64,000 nt of DNA from an uncultured Actinomycetes bacterium (lineage in GTDB: Bacteria > Actinomycetota > Thermoleophilia > Solirubrobacterales > Solirubrobacteraceae). The notes under the pieces were generated by a model. That model was not told where the DNA came from, made no database searches, and saw only the letters and a program-made list of their open reading frames with translations. Location of the stretch: positions 14,166 to 78,165 of the forward strand of contig CAWJXY010000002.1 of assembly GCA_963846975.1 (NCBI GenBank), given 5' to 3'. A program made the position numbers and the translations under genes. The stretch's first letter is position 1, and the number at the start of each line of letters is the position of its first letter. This document shows, piece by piece, positions 1 through 12,671 of the stretch.

Positions 1-895
1 GCGCCGCCTCGGCGGCGACCACGGCCGGTGAGTCGGGGCGCTGGCGATAGCCGGTGAAGTCGCGCTCGACGATGACGTCGAGGTCGCACTGGCAGGCCGG
101 GTCGTTGGCCGCGTCGTGGAGGTGGTCGACCATCTCGGCGATCAGCGCCTCGACCGTGCTCTCGCTCATCGAGCGCGCCTCAGCCTCGATCCGGCAGCGT
201 TCGGGGACGACGTTGCGGCCCGTGCCGCCGGCGATGGTTCCGACGTTGGCCGTCGTGTCGGCAGTCCAGGCGCCCGAGGCGCATCGCGGCGATCGCCTTG
301 GCCGCGGCGAGGATCGCGCTGCGCCCGTCCTCAGGGCGGATCCCGGCGTGGGCGGCGGCGCCGACGAACTCGGCCTCGAGGCGCAGGTAGGTCGGCGAGG
401 CCATGATCACCTCGCCGATCGGCGAGGCGTGGTCGAACACGTAGCCGAATTCGGACCGCAGCTGCGTCACGTCGAACGCGGTCGCGCCCTTGAGCCCCGG
501 CTCCTCGGAGACGGTGAACAGCGCCTCGATCCCGACCGGCGAGGACTCGATGCTCGCGCGGCGCAGCAGCTCGACGACGACCGCGACCGCCGCCTTGTTG
601 TCGGCGCCGAGGATCGCGTCGTTGCGGTTGCTCCACTGGCCGTCCTCGCAGACCGGGTCGATCGCGATGCCGTCGTGCGGGACCGTGTCCATGTGCGTGC
701 ACAGCAGCACGCTGCGCTCGCCGCGGCCGTCGAGGCGGGCGAGCAGGTTGCCGCTGGAGTCGGGCGTGACGGCGAGGCCCATCGCCTGAAGCTCGGAGGT
801 CAGCCAGTCGGCGACCGCTTGCTCGTGGCCCGACGGGCTGGGGATCGCGCACAGCGCCGCGAACGTCTGCCCGAGGCGCGCGCCGCTCCGCGGTG

Positions 896-899
<4 letters not shown>
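1..899 (-). CDS. M20-family metallopeptidase (peptidase T-like); 3' end lies beyond the window; frame broken once
   Basis: ORF 180-782 gives [30 protein letters not shown] and SEEPGLKGA. The downstream part ([31 protein letters not shown]...) continues in another frame to position 1 (break ~263). A conserved in-frame N-terminus ([15 protein letters not shown]) extends to ~899, but no start codon could be placed. Confidence 0.7.
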
Positions 900-3418
<2,519 letters not shown>

Positions 3419-3482
3419 CGCGTGAACCTAGCCCCGGTGGCGGACGGCGTAACGTAGGCGGTCACCGAGGAGACTGGAGAGC

Positions 3483-3878
3483 ATGGAAAAGATCGAGAAG
3501 ACCGAGGAGCAGTGGCGCTCCGAGCTGACGCCCGAGCAGTACGAGGTCCTGCGTCGCGCGGGGACCGAGCCGGCGTTCACCGGCGAGTACTGGAACGTCC
3601 ATGAGGACGGCATGTACCACTGCGCCGGCTGCGGGGCCGAGCTGTTTGACGCGAACACCAAGTTCGACTCGGGCACCGGCTGGCCGAGCTTCACCGAGCC
3701 GGTCATTGCCGACGCGGTCGAGCTGCGCCCCGACAACAGCCTGTTCATGCGCCGCACCGAAGTCGTCTGCGCGCGCTGCGGCGGCCATCTGGGCCACGTG
3801 TTCGACGACGGCCCCAGCGACCGCGGCGGCCAGCGCTTCTGCATGAACAGCGCGGCGCTGAAGCTCGAGACCGAGTAG
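3483..3878 (+). CDS. msrB: Peptide-methionine (R)-S-oxide reductase
   Basis: Intact 131-aa ORF with two CxxC pairs (CAGCG, CARCGGHLGHVF) and the SelR signature GWPSF. Confidence 0.95.
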   Translation: MEKIEKTEEQWRSELTPEQYEVLRRAGTEPAFTGEYWNVHEDGMYHCAGCGAELFDANTKFDSGTGWPSFTEPVIADAVELRPDNSLFMRRTEVVCARCGGHLGHVFDDGPSDRGGQRFCMNSAALKLETE

Positions 3879-3895
3879 CGGCCCGCTTCGGGCCG
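3879..3895. terminator. GC hairpin between convergent msrB and the I42-like gene (possible bidirectional terminator)
   Basis: cggccc-gcttc-gggccg stem-loop immediately after the msrB TAG. There is no clear U-tract. Confidence 0.3.
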
Positions 3896-3904
3896 TGGCG
3901 CGGG

Positions 3905-4300
3905 TCAGCCGACGACGACGGTCAGCGTGAAGCGCTCGGACGGCTTCGCGCCCCGGGCCGGTCCGAAGTCGCCGAGGCGCACCTTTGTGCGCCCGGCGCC
4001 GGCCGCCCGGTAGCGGTTGACGCGCTCGCCCCGGCCCCCGACCGCGCCGGGCGGAAGGTTCGGCGGCACATAGCGCGAGGAGACGGTCTTCAGCACGGTC
4101 GGCGCCGGCGCGACCAGCGTGCGCCACGTGAAGCCGCCGTCCTTGACCTCGCGCAGCGTGACCTTGAGCGTGTCGCCGCGGTGCAGGTGGACGGTCTTGC
4201 CGTTGGACGAGGCGGTGACGGAGACGGTCTTGGCCGCGGCGGTCGCGGGGAAGATGACGACTGCCGCCGTCGCCAGTACTGGGACCAGTTTGTGGAGCAT
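3905..4300 (-). CDS. Secreted small protein, chagasin/I42-like putative cysteine-peptidase inhibitor
   Basis: Intact 131-aa ORF with signal peptide MLHKLVPVLATAAVVIFPATAAA. Loops resemble the I42 motifs (DGGFTW, PGAVGGRGERV). Recognition is by eye only. Confidence 0.45.
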   Translation of the reverse strand: MLHKLVPVLATAAVVIFPATAAAKTVSVTASSNGKTVHLHRGDTLKVTLREVKDGGFTWRTLVAPAPTVLKTVSSRYVPPNLPPGAVGGRGERVNRYRAAGAGRTKVRLGDFGPARGAKPSERFTLTVVVG

Positions 4301-4335
4301 GGGTGCAGCTTAGTGGGCGAACGGGACGCGGCGCG

Positions 4336-5196
4336 TCACCCGTCCAGCCGCCGCATCTCGACCTTGGACTCGGTCTCGGCGTCGGCGACGCCGCGGTAGA
4401 CGCCCTTGATCGGCGGGACGTCGGAGTAGCGGCGGCCGTGGCCGATCTTGACGTGGTCGGCGCCCGACGAGGCCGCGGTTGGTCGGGTCGGCGCCGACCC
4501 AGATCGGCTCGCCGCCGCCCGGTCCCGGCACGAGCGCCTCGAGCCACGCGTGGGTCTGGACCTCGGCCGAGTCCGAGCTGCCGTCCTGCGGGCGCGACCC
4601 ACAGGTACCCCGACACATAGCGCGCGGCGATCCTCTGCTCGCGCAGCAGCAGCAGCGCCAGCGAGACGAAGTCCTGGCAGACGCCCGGCCCCGGCCCGCA
4701 GCAGGTCGGCGACCGTCGACCCGACGTACGTCGCCCCCGCGCGGTACTCGAACCGGTCGGGGATCAGCTCGCACACCAGACGGACCGTCGCCAGCGGCGT
4801 CGTCGCGCGCGTGTGGCGGATCAGGTCGTCGAGGTCACCCGGCGCGAGGCGGTCGTCGCCCGACAACAGGTACTCGGCGCCCGCCTCGCGGTAGGCGTCG
4901 GTCTCGGTCGGCGCCCACGAGCCCTCGGGCGGCTGCGGCGGCGCCTCGGTGCGCACGTGCGAGCGCACGTCGATCGTCAGCTCGGTGTGCGCGCGCTCGA
5001 TCCCGAACTCGAGCACCTGCGTGCCGTAGTAGTCGTTGTGGCGGTGCAGGCGCGCCTCGGGCGCGACGAGCACCTGCACGTCCTCGCAGACCTGGGAGTT
5101 GCCGGTCATCGGCGTGACGCGCAGCGCGTTGAGGTTGTCGACGACCGGCGAGCCGTAGTGGTAGTGCATGAGGTAGCGGATCGCGAACGTCGTCAT
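4336..5196 (-). CDS. Transglutaminase-like (papain-fold) protein with bacterial N-terminal domain; about 3 frame breaks (~4470, ~4600, ~4685)
   Basis: MTTFAIRYLMHYHYGSPVVDNLNALRVTP... followed by the catalytic Cys (GVCQDFVSLALLLLRE), His (QTHAWLEAL) and Asp (GADPTNR), recovered from three frames. The start overlaps the alpha-E stop (ATGA at 5193-5196). Confidence 0.8.
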   Translation of the reverse strand: MTTFAIRYLMHYHYGSPVVDNLNALRVTPMTGNSQVCEDVQVLVAPEARLHRHNDYYGTQVLEFGIERAHTELTIDVRSHVRTEAPPQPPEGSWAPTETDAYREAGAEYLLSGDDRLAPGDLDDLIRHTRATTPLATVRLVCELIPDRFEYRAGATYVGSTVADLLRAGAGRLPGLRLAGAAAAARAEDRRALCVGVPVGRARRTAARTRPRSRPTRGSRRSCRDRAAASRSGSAPTRPTAASSGADHVKIGHGRRYSDVPPIKGVYRGVADAETESKVEMRRLDG

Positions 5197-6129
5197 GAGA
5201 CGACCAGGCCCGGCTCGATCGCGCCGGCGAAGTAGCGCTCCGCGATGTCGTCCTCGACCTCGGACAGCTCGACGGCGACGCGCTCGAAGCGCTCGTTGAG
5301 CGACGCCGCCTCGTGGCCGGCGCGGCGCTGGAACTCGAGGTCGGCCGACAGCCGCGCCAGCCGCAGCACCGGCTCCGACGCCCGCGGCTGGCGCGTCGGC
5401 CGACTCGAGCTCGCGCCGAGCGGCGTCGACGTTGTAGGCGACCGAGTCCGGGTACTCGCGCTCGTAGAGCAGGAACCGGGCGACCGTGTCGGCCATCGGC
5501 GCCATGCCGGTCGCGCGGTTGAACGCCTGAAGGCCGCCGACACGCGTGCAGCAGCGCCATCGCCTGGCCGTCGCTCGACGGCCCCGCCGCGAGCGCCACG
5601 CGCAGCATCCGCAGCACCATGTCGGCCGACTCCATGCGGCCGCCGGCGTGCGAGGAACGCGCTCGCGTCGTCGCGCAGCATCGTGCTCGCGGCGAGGCCC
5701 CAGAACAGCGCCGTGCGCTCGCGCACGTAGCGGTGAAACGCGTACGGACCGCCGCGTGCCGGCGATGAGCCGGCGCCCTCGACGAGCGTCAGGTGGGTCG
5801 TGTTGACCGCTTCCCAGCACTCGCCGGAGATCACGTCGCGCAGCTGGCGCGCGCCTTCGCGCGCGTTGGCCAGGCACGACACGACCGACGCCGGGTTGGC
5901 CTCGTCGACGGTCAGCGCCCGATGGACCTCGTCGCGCGAGCGGCCGCCGTCGCGCGCTCGCGCCCATGATCTCCAACAGCCCCTCCCAGCTCAGCAGGAC
6001 GCCCGACGGGTCGTCGGCGCGGCCCTGGAGGTCGGCCTGCATCGCGCCGTCGAGCATTCGCACGGTGTGGTCGGCCCGCGAGATGTAACGCCCGAGCCAG
6101 AACAGCTCGTGGGCGATCCGGGCCAGCAT
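5193..6129 (-). CDS. Alpha-E domain protein (DUF403 family); several frame breaks
   Basis: The N-terminus MLARIAHELFWLGRYISRADHTVRMLD is typical of alpha-E proteins. Further conserved pieces (ECWEAVNTTHL, ALFWGLAASTMLRDD, RFLLYEREYPDSVAY, RLSADLEF) are scattered over two frames. Confidence 0.75.
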
Positions 6130-6142
6130 CAGCGCCTCGTTC

Positions 6143-7688
6143 TCACTGCTGTTGCACCTGCTGCTGGCCGCTCCACTCACCCTGGCTCGCACGCGGGCTC
6201 AGCGGCGGCCCCACGACGGCCGTCGCGGGCTGGGGCTCGGGGGCGCGCACGTCGCCGTCCTCGAGCACCCACGTGTCCTTGGACCCCCCGCCGCGCGACG
6301 AGTTGACGATCATCGAGCCCTCGGTCAGCGCGACGCGCGTCAGCCCGCCGGGGACGATCCGCACGTCGTCGCCGTAGACGGCGAACGGCCGCAGGTCGAC
6401 GTGGCGCGGAGCCAGCGCGCCATCGGCGGTCACGGTCGGCACCGTCGACAGATGCACGAGCTCCTGGGCGATCCAGCGCTCCGGCGACGCGCGGATCACG
6501 TCGGCCAGCGCCGCGAGCTCGCGCTCCTCGGTCTGCGGGCCGATGAACACGCCCTTGCCGCCCGACTCGCCGGTCGGCTTGACGACCAGTTCGGGCAGCC
6601 GCGCGAGCGCCGCCTCGCGCTGGCGGGAGTCCCACATCGCATAGGTCGTGACGTTGTCGAGGATCGGCTCCTCCTTGAGGTAGAAGCGGATCATCTCGGG
6701 GACGTAGGGATAGACCGCCTTGTCGTCGGCGACGCCGGTCCCGAACGCGTTGGCGATCGCGACCGTCCCGGCGCGGTAGGCGCGAACGAGCCCGGGCACG
6801 CCGAGCAGCGAGTCGGGGCGGAACTCGAGCGGGTCGACGAAGTCGTCGTCGAGGCGACGGTAGACGGCGTGCACGCGCGCCAGGCCGCTCGTCGTGCGCA
6901 TGTAGAGGACCTCGTCGCGAACGACGAGGTCGGAGCTCTGCACGAGCTCGACGCCCATCGACCGGGCCAGGAACGCGTGCTCGAAGTACGCCGGGTTGAA
7001 GGCGCCGGGCGTCCACACGACGACCGTCGGGTCGTCGCCACCGCGGCGCGACGGCGCGCAGCGCCTCGAGCAGCAGCTGCGGGTAGTGGTCGACGCGGCG
7101 CACGCGGTGGCCGGCGAACAGGCCCGGCACGAGCCGCGTCATCGCCAGCCGGTTCTCGAGCACGTAGGAGATGCCCGACGGCGTGCGGACGTTGTCCTCG
7201 AGCACCTTCCAGCGCCCGTCGGCGTCGCGCACGAGGTCGCAGCCGGAGACGTGGCAGTAGACACCGCCCGGCGGGCGGATGCCGTAGACGGGCCGGGCGA
7301 AGTGGCTGCGGCTGACGACCAGCCGCCACGGCACGATCCCCTCGCGGACGATCGCGCGGCCGTGGTAGATGTCGTCGACGAAGTGGTTCAGCGCGGTGAT
7401 CCGCTGGACGAGGCCGCGCTCGATGACCGCCCACTCGTCGGCGGGGACGATCCGCGGCACGAGGTCGAGCGGGAACGGGCGGTCGCGGACCGGCTCGCCG
7501 TCGGCGCCTGACTCGTAGGTGATGCCCTGGGCGATGAACGACGCGTCGCGCCGCCGGCCGGCGGACATGAGGGCCTCGGGGCCCATCGCGGCCAGCGACG
7601 TGGCCAGCCGCTGCGCGTGGGGGTGCGGCGTGCCCTCGGGGTCGAAGACCTCGTCGGGGTGAGCGGGAACCGGCTCGTACGCAGGCAT
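6143..7688 (-). CDS. Circularly permuted ATP-grasp type 2 protein; one frame break ~7040
   Basis: N-terminal half ([36 protein letters not shown]) in ORF 6177-7832. C-terminal half ([55 protein letters not shown]) in ORF 6143-7018. Alternative starts at 7811 and 7832. Confidence 0.85.
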
Positions 7689-7803
7689 GTTGGCGCTGGG
7701 GATCGTCGCCACCCCATCATTGTCCCCTGCGTCCACGGTCTCAACCTTCGCCCCGAGGTCGAGTGCCGATCGGGGATTTTCGCCTGTTGGTCCTGAGGGC
7801 CCG

Positions 7804-8672
7804 TCAGCCATGGTCGGGGAGGTTCGGCACATCCCCGCTGCCGAAGTTGCCCTGGGTCCCGTTGAGCGCGTAGATGAGCGAGATCTTGCCCTCGACCTGG
7901 TTGACGTCGGAGACCGTGGTCAGGCTCTGGCTGGTCGTACCAGTTGATCTGCGACGGCGTCGCGGTGTCGGTCTGGACGCCGATCGCGGTCGCGCCGGGC
8001 TTGCGCGCAGGCCGCTTGATCACGCCTGTCTCGAACGCGCCGACCGTCGCCTTCTGCTGCTGGTCGAGGTCTTCCGGCGGGTTGCGCACGACGACGATGT
8101 TGGCGACCGGCGTCAGCTCGCCGTCGAACGAGTCCGACAGCGACGCGCGCTCGTGCTTGAGCAGCTTGTCCGCCGGTCACGAGCTGGGTGCCGACGCGCT
8201 CGCCGAGGTCGCTGTAGAGCGTCGGGTCGTCGGGCGTCGGGTCGTCGGCGAGGTGCGTGTACTGGGTCGATCCGGCGTTCGCGGCGATCGCCTCGGCGTC
8301 GAGCGGCTCCTTGAACGCGAGCTGCCACGCCGGGTGGCCGCCCGCCGTCTTGACCGCATCGAGGATCGCGCCGTTGGCGGCGTCGGACTTGGGACCGAGG
8401 TAGACGATCCCGACGTCCTGGCGCGCGAGCCGGCCGTCGACGAGCAGCGGGAAGACCTTGTCGAGCACCTTCTTGCGCCCGTTGAGCTTGCCCTGGAGCT
8501 CGTCGGCGCGATGCTGGGACGACGCGATCGCGTGGCGCAGGTCGCTGCGGATGCTCTTCTCGCCCGACGAGACGAGCCCGCGGTCGCCGATCGCGACGCC
8601 GAGCAGGACGCCGAGGACGAGCGCGACGACGACCGCGGTCAGCGACAGCGCGTGGTAGCGGAAGTCGAACAT
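7804..8672 (-). CDS. Copper-transporter (MctB/DUF3186-like) membrane-anchored protein; 2 frame breaks (~7925, ~8168)
   Basis: MFDFRYHALSLTAVVVALVLGVLLGVAIGD N-terminus. The C-terminus ...VSDVNQVEGKISLIYALNGTQGNFG is recovered in other frames. The position after steA matches actinobacterial synteny. Confidence 0.65.
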
Positions 8673-8702
8673 CTACCGACGAGGATGAAGCATACAGGGC
8701 GC

Positions 8703-9899
8703 TCAGGGGCCGATGCCGAGCAACAGCTCGAGCCGCAGCCACAGCAGGTCGGCGACCTCGCGCAGCCCGGGCGTCACCGCCACCACGGCGACGATCGACG
8801 CGAGCCCGAGCGCGACCATGATGAGGACGGGGGCGACGGCCCGGGCCGCGGCCGGTAGAGCCGGCTCACGCCCTTGGCGTCGACGAGGATCTCGCCGACG
8901 CGCAGCCGCGTCAGGAACGTCGACGACATCCCTTCGCGGTTCTTGTCGAGGAACTCGACGAGGTTGAACTGCGAGCCGACGGAGACGATCAGGTTCGCGC
9001 CCTTCTCAGCGGCGATCAGCATCGCGACGTCCTGGCTCGTGGCCGGCGCGGGAACGATCTTGTACGGCAGGCCGAGGCGGTCGAGCTGCTCGCGGCCCGG
9101 CGCGCGGCCGTCGGGGTAGGCGTGGACGACGAGCTCGGCCCCGCAGCGCAGCGTCGAGTCCTCGGTCGAGTCGAAGTCACCGACGATCATGTCGGGCGTG
9201 AAGCCGGCCTCGATGATCGCGTTGGAGCCGCCGTCGACGCCGACCAGGACCGGCTTCATGTCGCGGACGTAGGGCCGCAGCGCACGCAGGTCCATCTGGT
9301 GGTCGACGCCGCGCACGACGACCAGGCACGGGCGGTCGCGGAAGTCGGTGCGGAAGCGCGGCAGCTCGAGCTTGCCGGCCAGCAGCTCGCGCTCCTCGAG
9401 CATGTGCTCGATCGTGTTGCGGGCGAAGCGCTCGAGCGCGTTGCCGATCGCCCGGCGGCGCTCGTCGGTCGCGGCGCGCACGACGGCCGGATCGTGCGCG
9501 TGGCCGCGGGCGACGATCTCGCCGTTGCGCCGCACGTCGCCCCCGCGCAGGCTGACGACGTCGCCGTCGCTGATCGCGCGAAACAGCGTGTCGTCGGGCA
9601 TGTCGACGAGCGGGATGCCCGCCTGGACGAGCAGCAGCGGGCCCATGTTCGGGTAGGTCGCCGGTCGACGACGGCCGGCAGTTGACGACCGCGGCGACGC
9701 CGACCGCGATCAGGTCCTCGGCGCTGACGCGATCGAGGTCGCGGTGGTCGATGACCGCGACGTCGCCGGCCACCAGCCGCTTGACGAGCAGCTTCGTCTT
9801 GCGCCCGAGCCGAGCGCGCCCGACGACCTCGGGCATCGCCGGTTGCGCGGCCTGGGCGCTCTGAACCGCACTGATGCGCGCCACCGCCATTGCGCGCAT
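8703..9899 (-). CDS. steA: SteA-like protein (thiamine-pyrophosphokinase-like domain plus C-terminal TM helix); 2 frame breaks (~8850, ~9657)
   Basis: GRARLGRKTKLLVKRLVAGDVAVIDHRDLD N-terminus, VGVDGGSNAIIEAGFTPDMIVGDFDS core and a C-terminal helix APVLIMVALGLASIVAVVAV in a third frame. Confidence 0.7.
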
Positions 9900-9944
9900 G
9901 AGTGTAGAGCGGGCACGCCGCCGCCGCCGCGCATGAACAACGCG

Positions 9945-11566
9945 TTACGCGGCCTTGAGCAGCTCCTTGGCGTGGCGGCGCGCCGCAACGTCGCCGTCCT
10001 GACCGCCGAGCATCCGGACGAGCTCTCCCACCAGCTCGCGGTTGGCGAGCTCCTGCACCGTCGTGCGCGCCGGCTCCACCGACGCGTCCTTGGCGATCCG
10101 GAAGTGGCGCGCCGCCGACCGCGGCGATCTGCGGCAGATGGGTGATGGCGATGATCTGACGGCCGTCGGCGAGCGTGCGCAGCTGCTCGGCGACCGCGTG
10201 CGCGGTGTGGCCGCCGATGCCGGCGTCGACCTCGTCGAACACGAGCGTCGTCGTCCCGCCGGCGTTGGCCGCGCCGAGCAGCGCCAGCATCACGCGCGAC
10301 AGCTCTCCCCCCGACGCGGTCTCGCGCAGCGGCGCGGCGGGCACGCCGGGGTTGGGCGCGATCAGCATCTCGGCCGCGTCGGCGCCCGCCGGGCCGGGCT
10401 CGCGCGCGGCGAGCGAGACGTCAAACGACGCGCCCTCCATCGCCAGCGCGCCGAGGCGGCCGCGGACGGCGTCGGCGAGCGCGCCGGCGGCACCCGCGCG
10501 CGCGTCGTGCAGCTGCTCGGCGAGCGCGTCGTAGCTGCGCCTGAGCGGCGGCGATGCGCTCGGTCATCTGCTCGAGCGCGACCTCGGCATCGGCCAGCTC
10601 GTCGCGACGGGCGCGGCAGCGCTCGGCGTGCTCGAGCACCGCGTCGATCGAGCCGCCGTGCTTGCGGGCGAGGCGGTCGAGCAGCGCCAGGCGCTCCTCG
10701 GTCGCCTCGAGCTCGCCCGGCGCCGCGTCGAGAGCCCTCGCCGGCGCGGCGCAGCTCGGCCGCGACGTCCTGCGTCTCGACGAGCGCAGCGTGCAGCGCG
10801 TCGGCGAGCTCGTCGAGCGCCGGATCGACGCCGCGGACGTCGTCGAGCGCGCCGGCCGCCGCGGCCAGCAGCGCGCACGCGCCGGCGCCGTCCTCGGGCT
10901 CGAGCGCCGGCGCGCCGCCGACCGCCGCGCCGCGCAACGCCTCGACGTGGCGCAGGCGCCCGCGACGGCCCAGCAGCTCCTCATGCTCGGCCGCGCCGGG
11001 CTCGATGCGCTCGATCTCGTCGATCTCGAACGCCAGCAGGTCGAGCTCGCGCTCCCGCGCCCCGGCCCGCTCGCGCAGCTCCTCGAGCGCCGCGTGCAGG
11101 TCGCGCAAGTCGCGCCACGCGTGGGCGCATTCGGCCCGGCGCGCCGCCTGCGCGGTGCCGCAGAACCCGTCGAGCAGGTCGAGCTGCGCACTGGCCAGCG
11201 TCAGCTTGCGATGCTCGTGCTGGCCGTAGAACGACAGCAGCCCGTCGGCCAGCTCGCGCAGGTCGCCGACCGCCGCCGAGCGGCCGTTGACGTACGCGCG
11301 CGTGCGCCCGTCGCGCCGCCGACCCGGCGGGCGAGCACCGACGTCCTCGCGACGCCGACCTCGAACACGCCCTCGACGTAGGCCTCCGGCGCCCCCGGGC
11401 GGACGATGCCGGTGCGCGCACGTCCGCCCAGCAGCAGGTCGAGCGCGTGGGCCAGCACGGTCTTGCCGGCGCCCGTCTCGCCGGTCAGCACGTTCAGGCC
11501 GGGCGCGAGGCGCAGCTCGGCGCGCTCGATCAGCAGCAGGTTCTCGACGCGAAGCTCGGCAAGCAT
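9945..11566 (-). CDS. recN: DNA repair protein RecN; at least 4 frame breaks
   Basis: MLAELRVENLLLIERAELRL..., Walker A GETGAGKT, signature SGGELSRVMLAL and Walker B LVFDEVDAGIGG. The C-terminus ...RRHAKELLKAA ends at the TAA at 9945-9947. Confidence 0.9.
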
Positions 11567-11595
11567 GGGAGCGATGAAAGCAGCGCGTGCCGACA

Positions 11596-11607
11596 GAACG
11601 CATGTTC
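11596..11607. promoter_or_regulatory. LexA (Cheo/SOS) box GAAC-N4-GTTC upstream of recN
   Basis: cAGAACgcatGTTCGc lies 30-41 nt upstream of the recN ATG (11566). It matches the Gram-positive/mycobacterial SOS-box core, and recN is a classical SOS gene. Confidence 0.6.
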
Positions 11608-11663
11608 GCGTCCGGCGTTGGCGCAGATTTGTTGCGGCGATGCGCGTTGGCGGGGACCGAAAC

Positions 11664-11806
11664 TGCATCTTCGAGGAGGTGGAGGCGCCCACGTCTTTGG
11701 CGTCCCATTCATCGAGGGCTGGCTTCAGGCCCCATACGGGCCGGAACCCAGCCCTCGATGGAAGGAGCGTCGCAGACGCTGGCGCCTCCACTTCCTCGGT
11801 GATGCA
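11664..11806. repeat. 143-nt near-perfect palindrome (long hairpin / MITE- or REP-like element) between nadK and recN
   Basis: Arms tgcatcttcgaggaggtggaggcgcc (11664-11689) and ggcgcctccacttcctcggtgatgca (11781-11806) pair at 23/26. An inner perfect 13-bp pair is catcgagggctgg/ccagccctcgatg. The apical pair ggccc/gggcc is centred at ~11735. Confidence 0.85.
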
Positions 11807-11818
11807 GCCGCGAGCGAC

Positions 11819-12671
11819 CTACGCCAGCAGCCCGAACTTCTCGCGCAGCCGCCGGTAGAAGCTCGACCCCGGGATCTGCGCGAGGTTCGTGGCCTGGCCG
11901 ACGAACCGCGCCGTGATCGCGTCCCCGGGCTCGATCTCGCCGGCCGGCTGGCCGTCGATCGACAACTCGACCGCGTCGTAGGAGCGGTTGCGGACGGTCA
12001 GCGGGTCGCCCGGGGCGACGACCAGCGCCCGCGCGGTCAGCGAGTGCGGGGCGATGAACGACACGACGTAGCCCTCGACCCCCCACGCCAGCACCGGGCC
12101 GCCGTTGGCGAGGTTGTAGCCGGTCGAGCCGGCCGGCGTCGACGACGACGAGCCCGTCGCAGCGCACGCTGCCCAGCTCGCTGCCGTCGAGCTCGTAGGT
12201 GAGCCGCGCGACGCGCTTGCCGACCTTGCGGTGCAACGACACGTCGTTGATCGCGCCGGCCCTGCCGGCGGGCACCTCGAGCGCCAGCGCCGGGAGCTTC
12301 AGGACCTCGAAGTCGCCCGCGAACGCGCGCTCGAAGCCCGCGTCGATCTCGTCGGGGTCGACGGTCGCCAGGAATCCGACCTCGCCGAAGTTGACCGCGA
12401 ACACGGGCACGCCTTCGACGCGTAGCTGCGCAGGCCGCGAAGGATCGTCCCGTCGCCGCCGAGCACGATGCAGACGTCGACGTCGTCGGCGATCTCGGCC
12501 CCGACCTTGATCCCCTCGGCGGCGGTGAGGCGCGTGCTTGGCCGTCTCCTCGGCGTCGAAGCGCAGCTCGACGCCGGCCTTGCGCGCCGCGGCGACGAGC
12601 GCCGCGAGCGCGGCCGCGGTCTGCTGCGGGCGGCCGTGGGTGAACACGGTCGCGCGGCGCGGCGTGCTCAC
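11819..12671 (-). CDS. nadK: NAD kinase; several frame breaks
   Basis: CIVLGGDGTILRGLR (GGDGT motif), VFAVNFGEVGFLATV and the intact C-terminal piece ORF 11819-12094. The GTG start overlaps the tlyA stop (GTGA at 12668-12671). Confidence 0.85.

Noticed and set aside
11587-11802. Mirror-image ORFs (11587-11802 plus strand; 11201-11791 and 11709-12740 minus-strand N-terminal parts) inside the nadK-recN spacer
   Set aside because: They arise from the 143-nt palindrome, which gives the same peptide-like strings on both strands. They have no Shine-Dalgarno sequence or homology-like features and are flanked by the true recN start and nadK stop.
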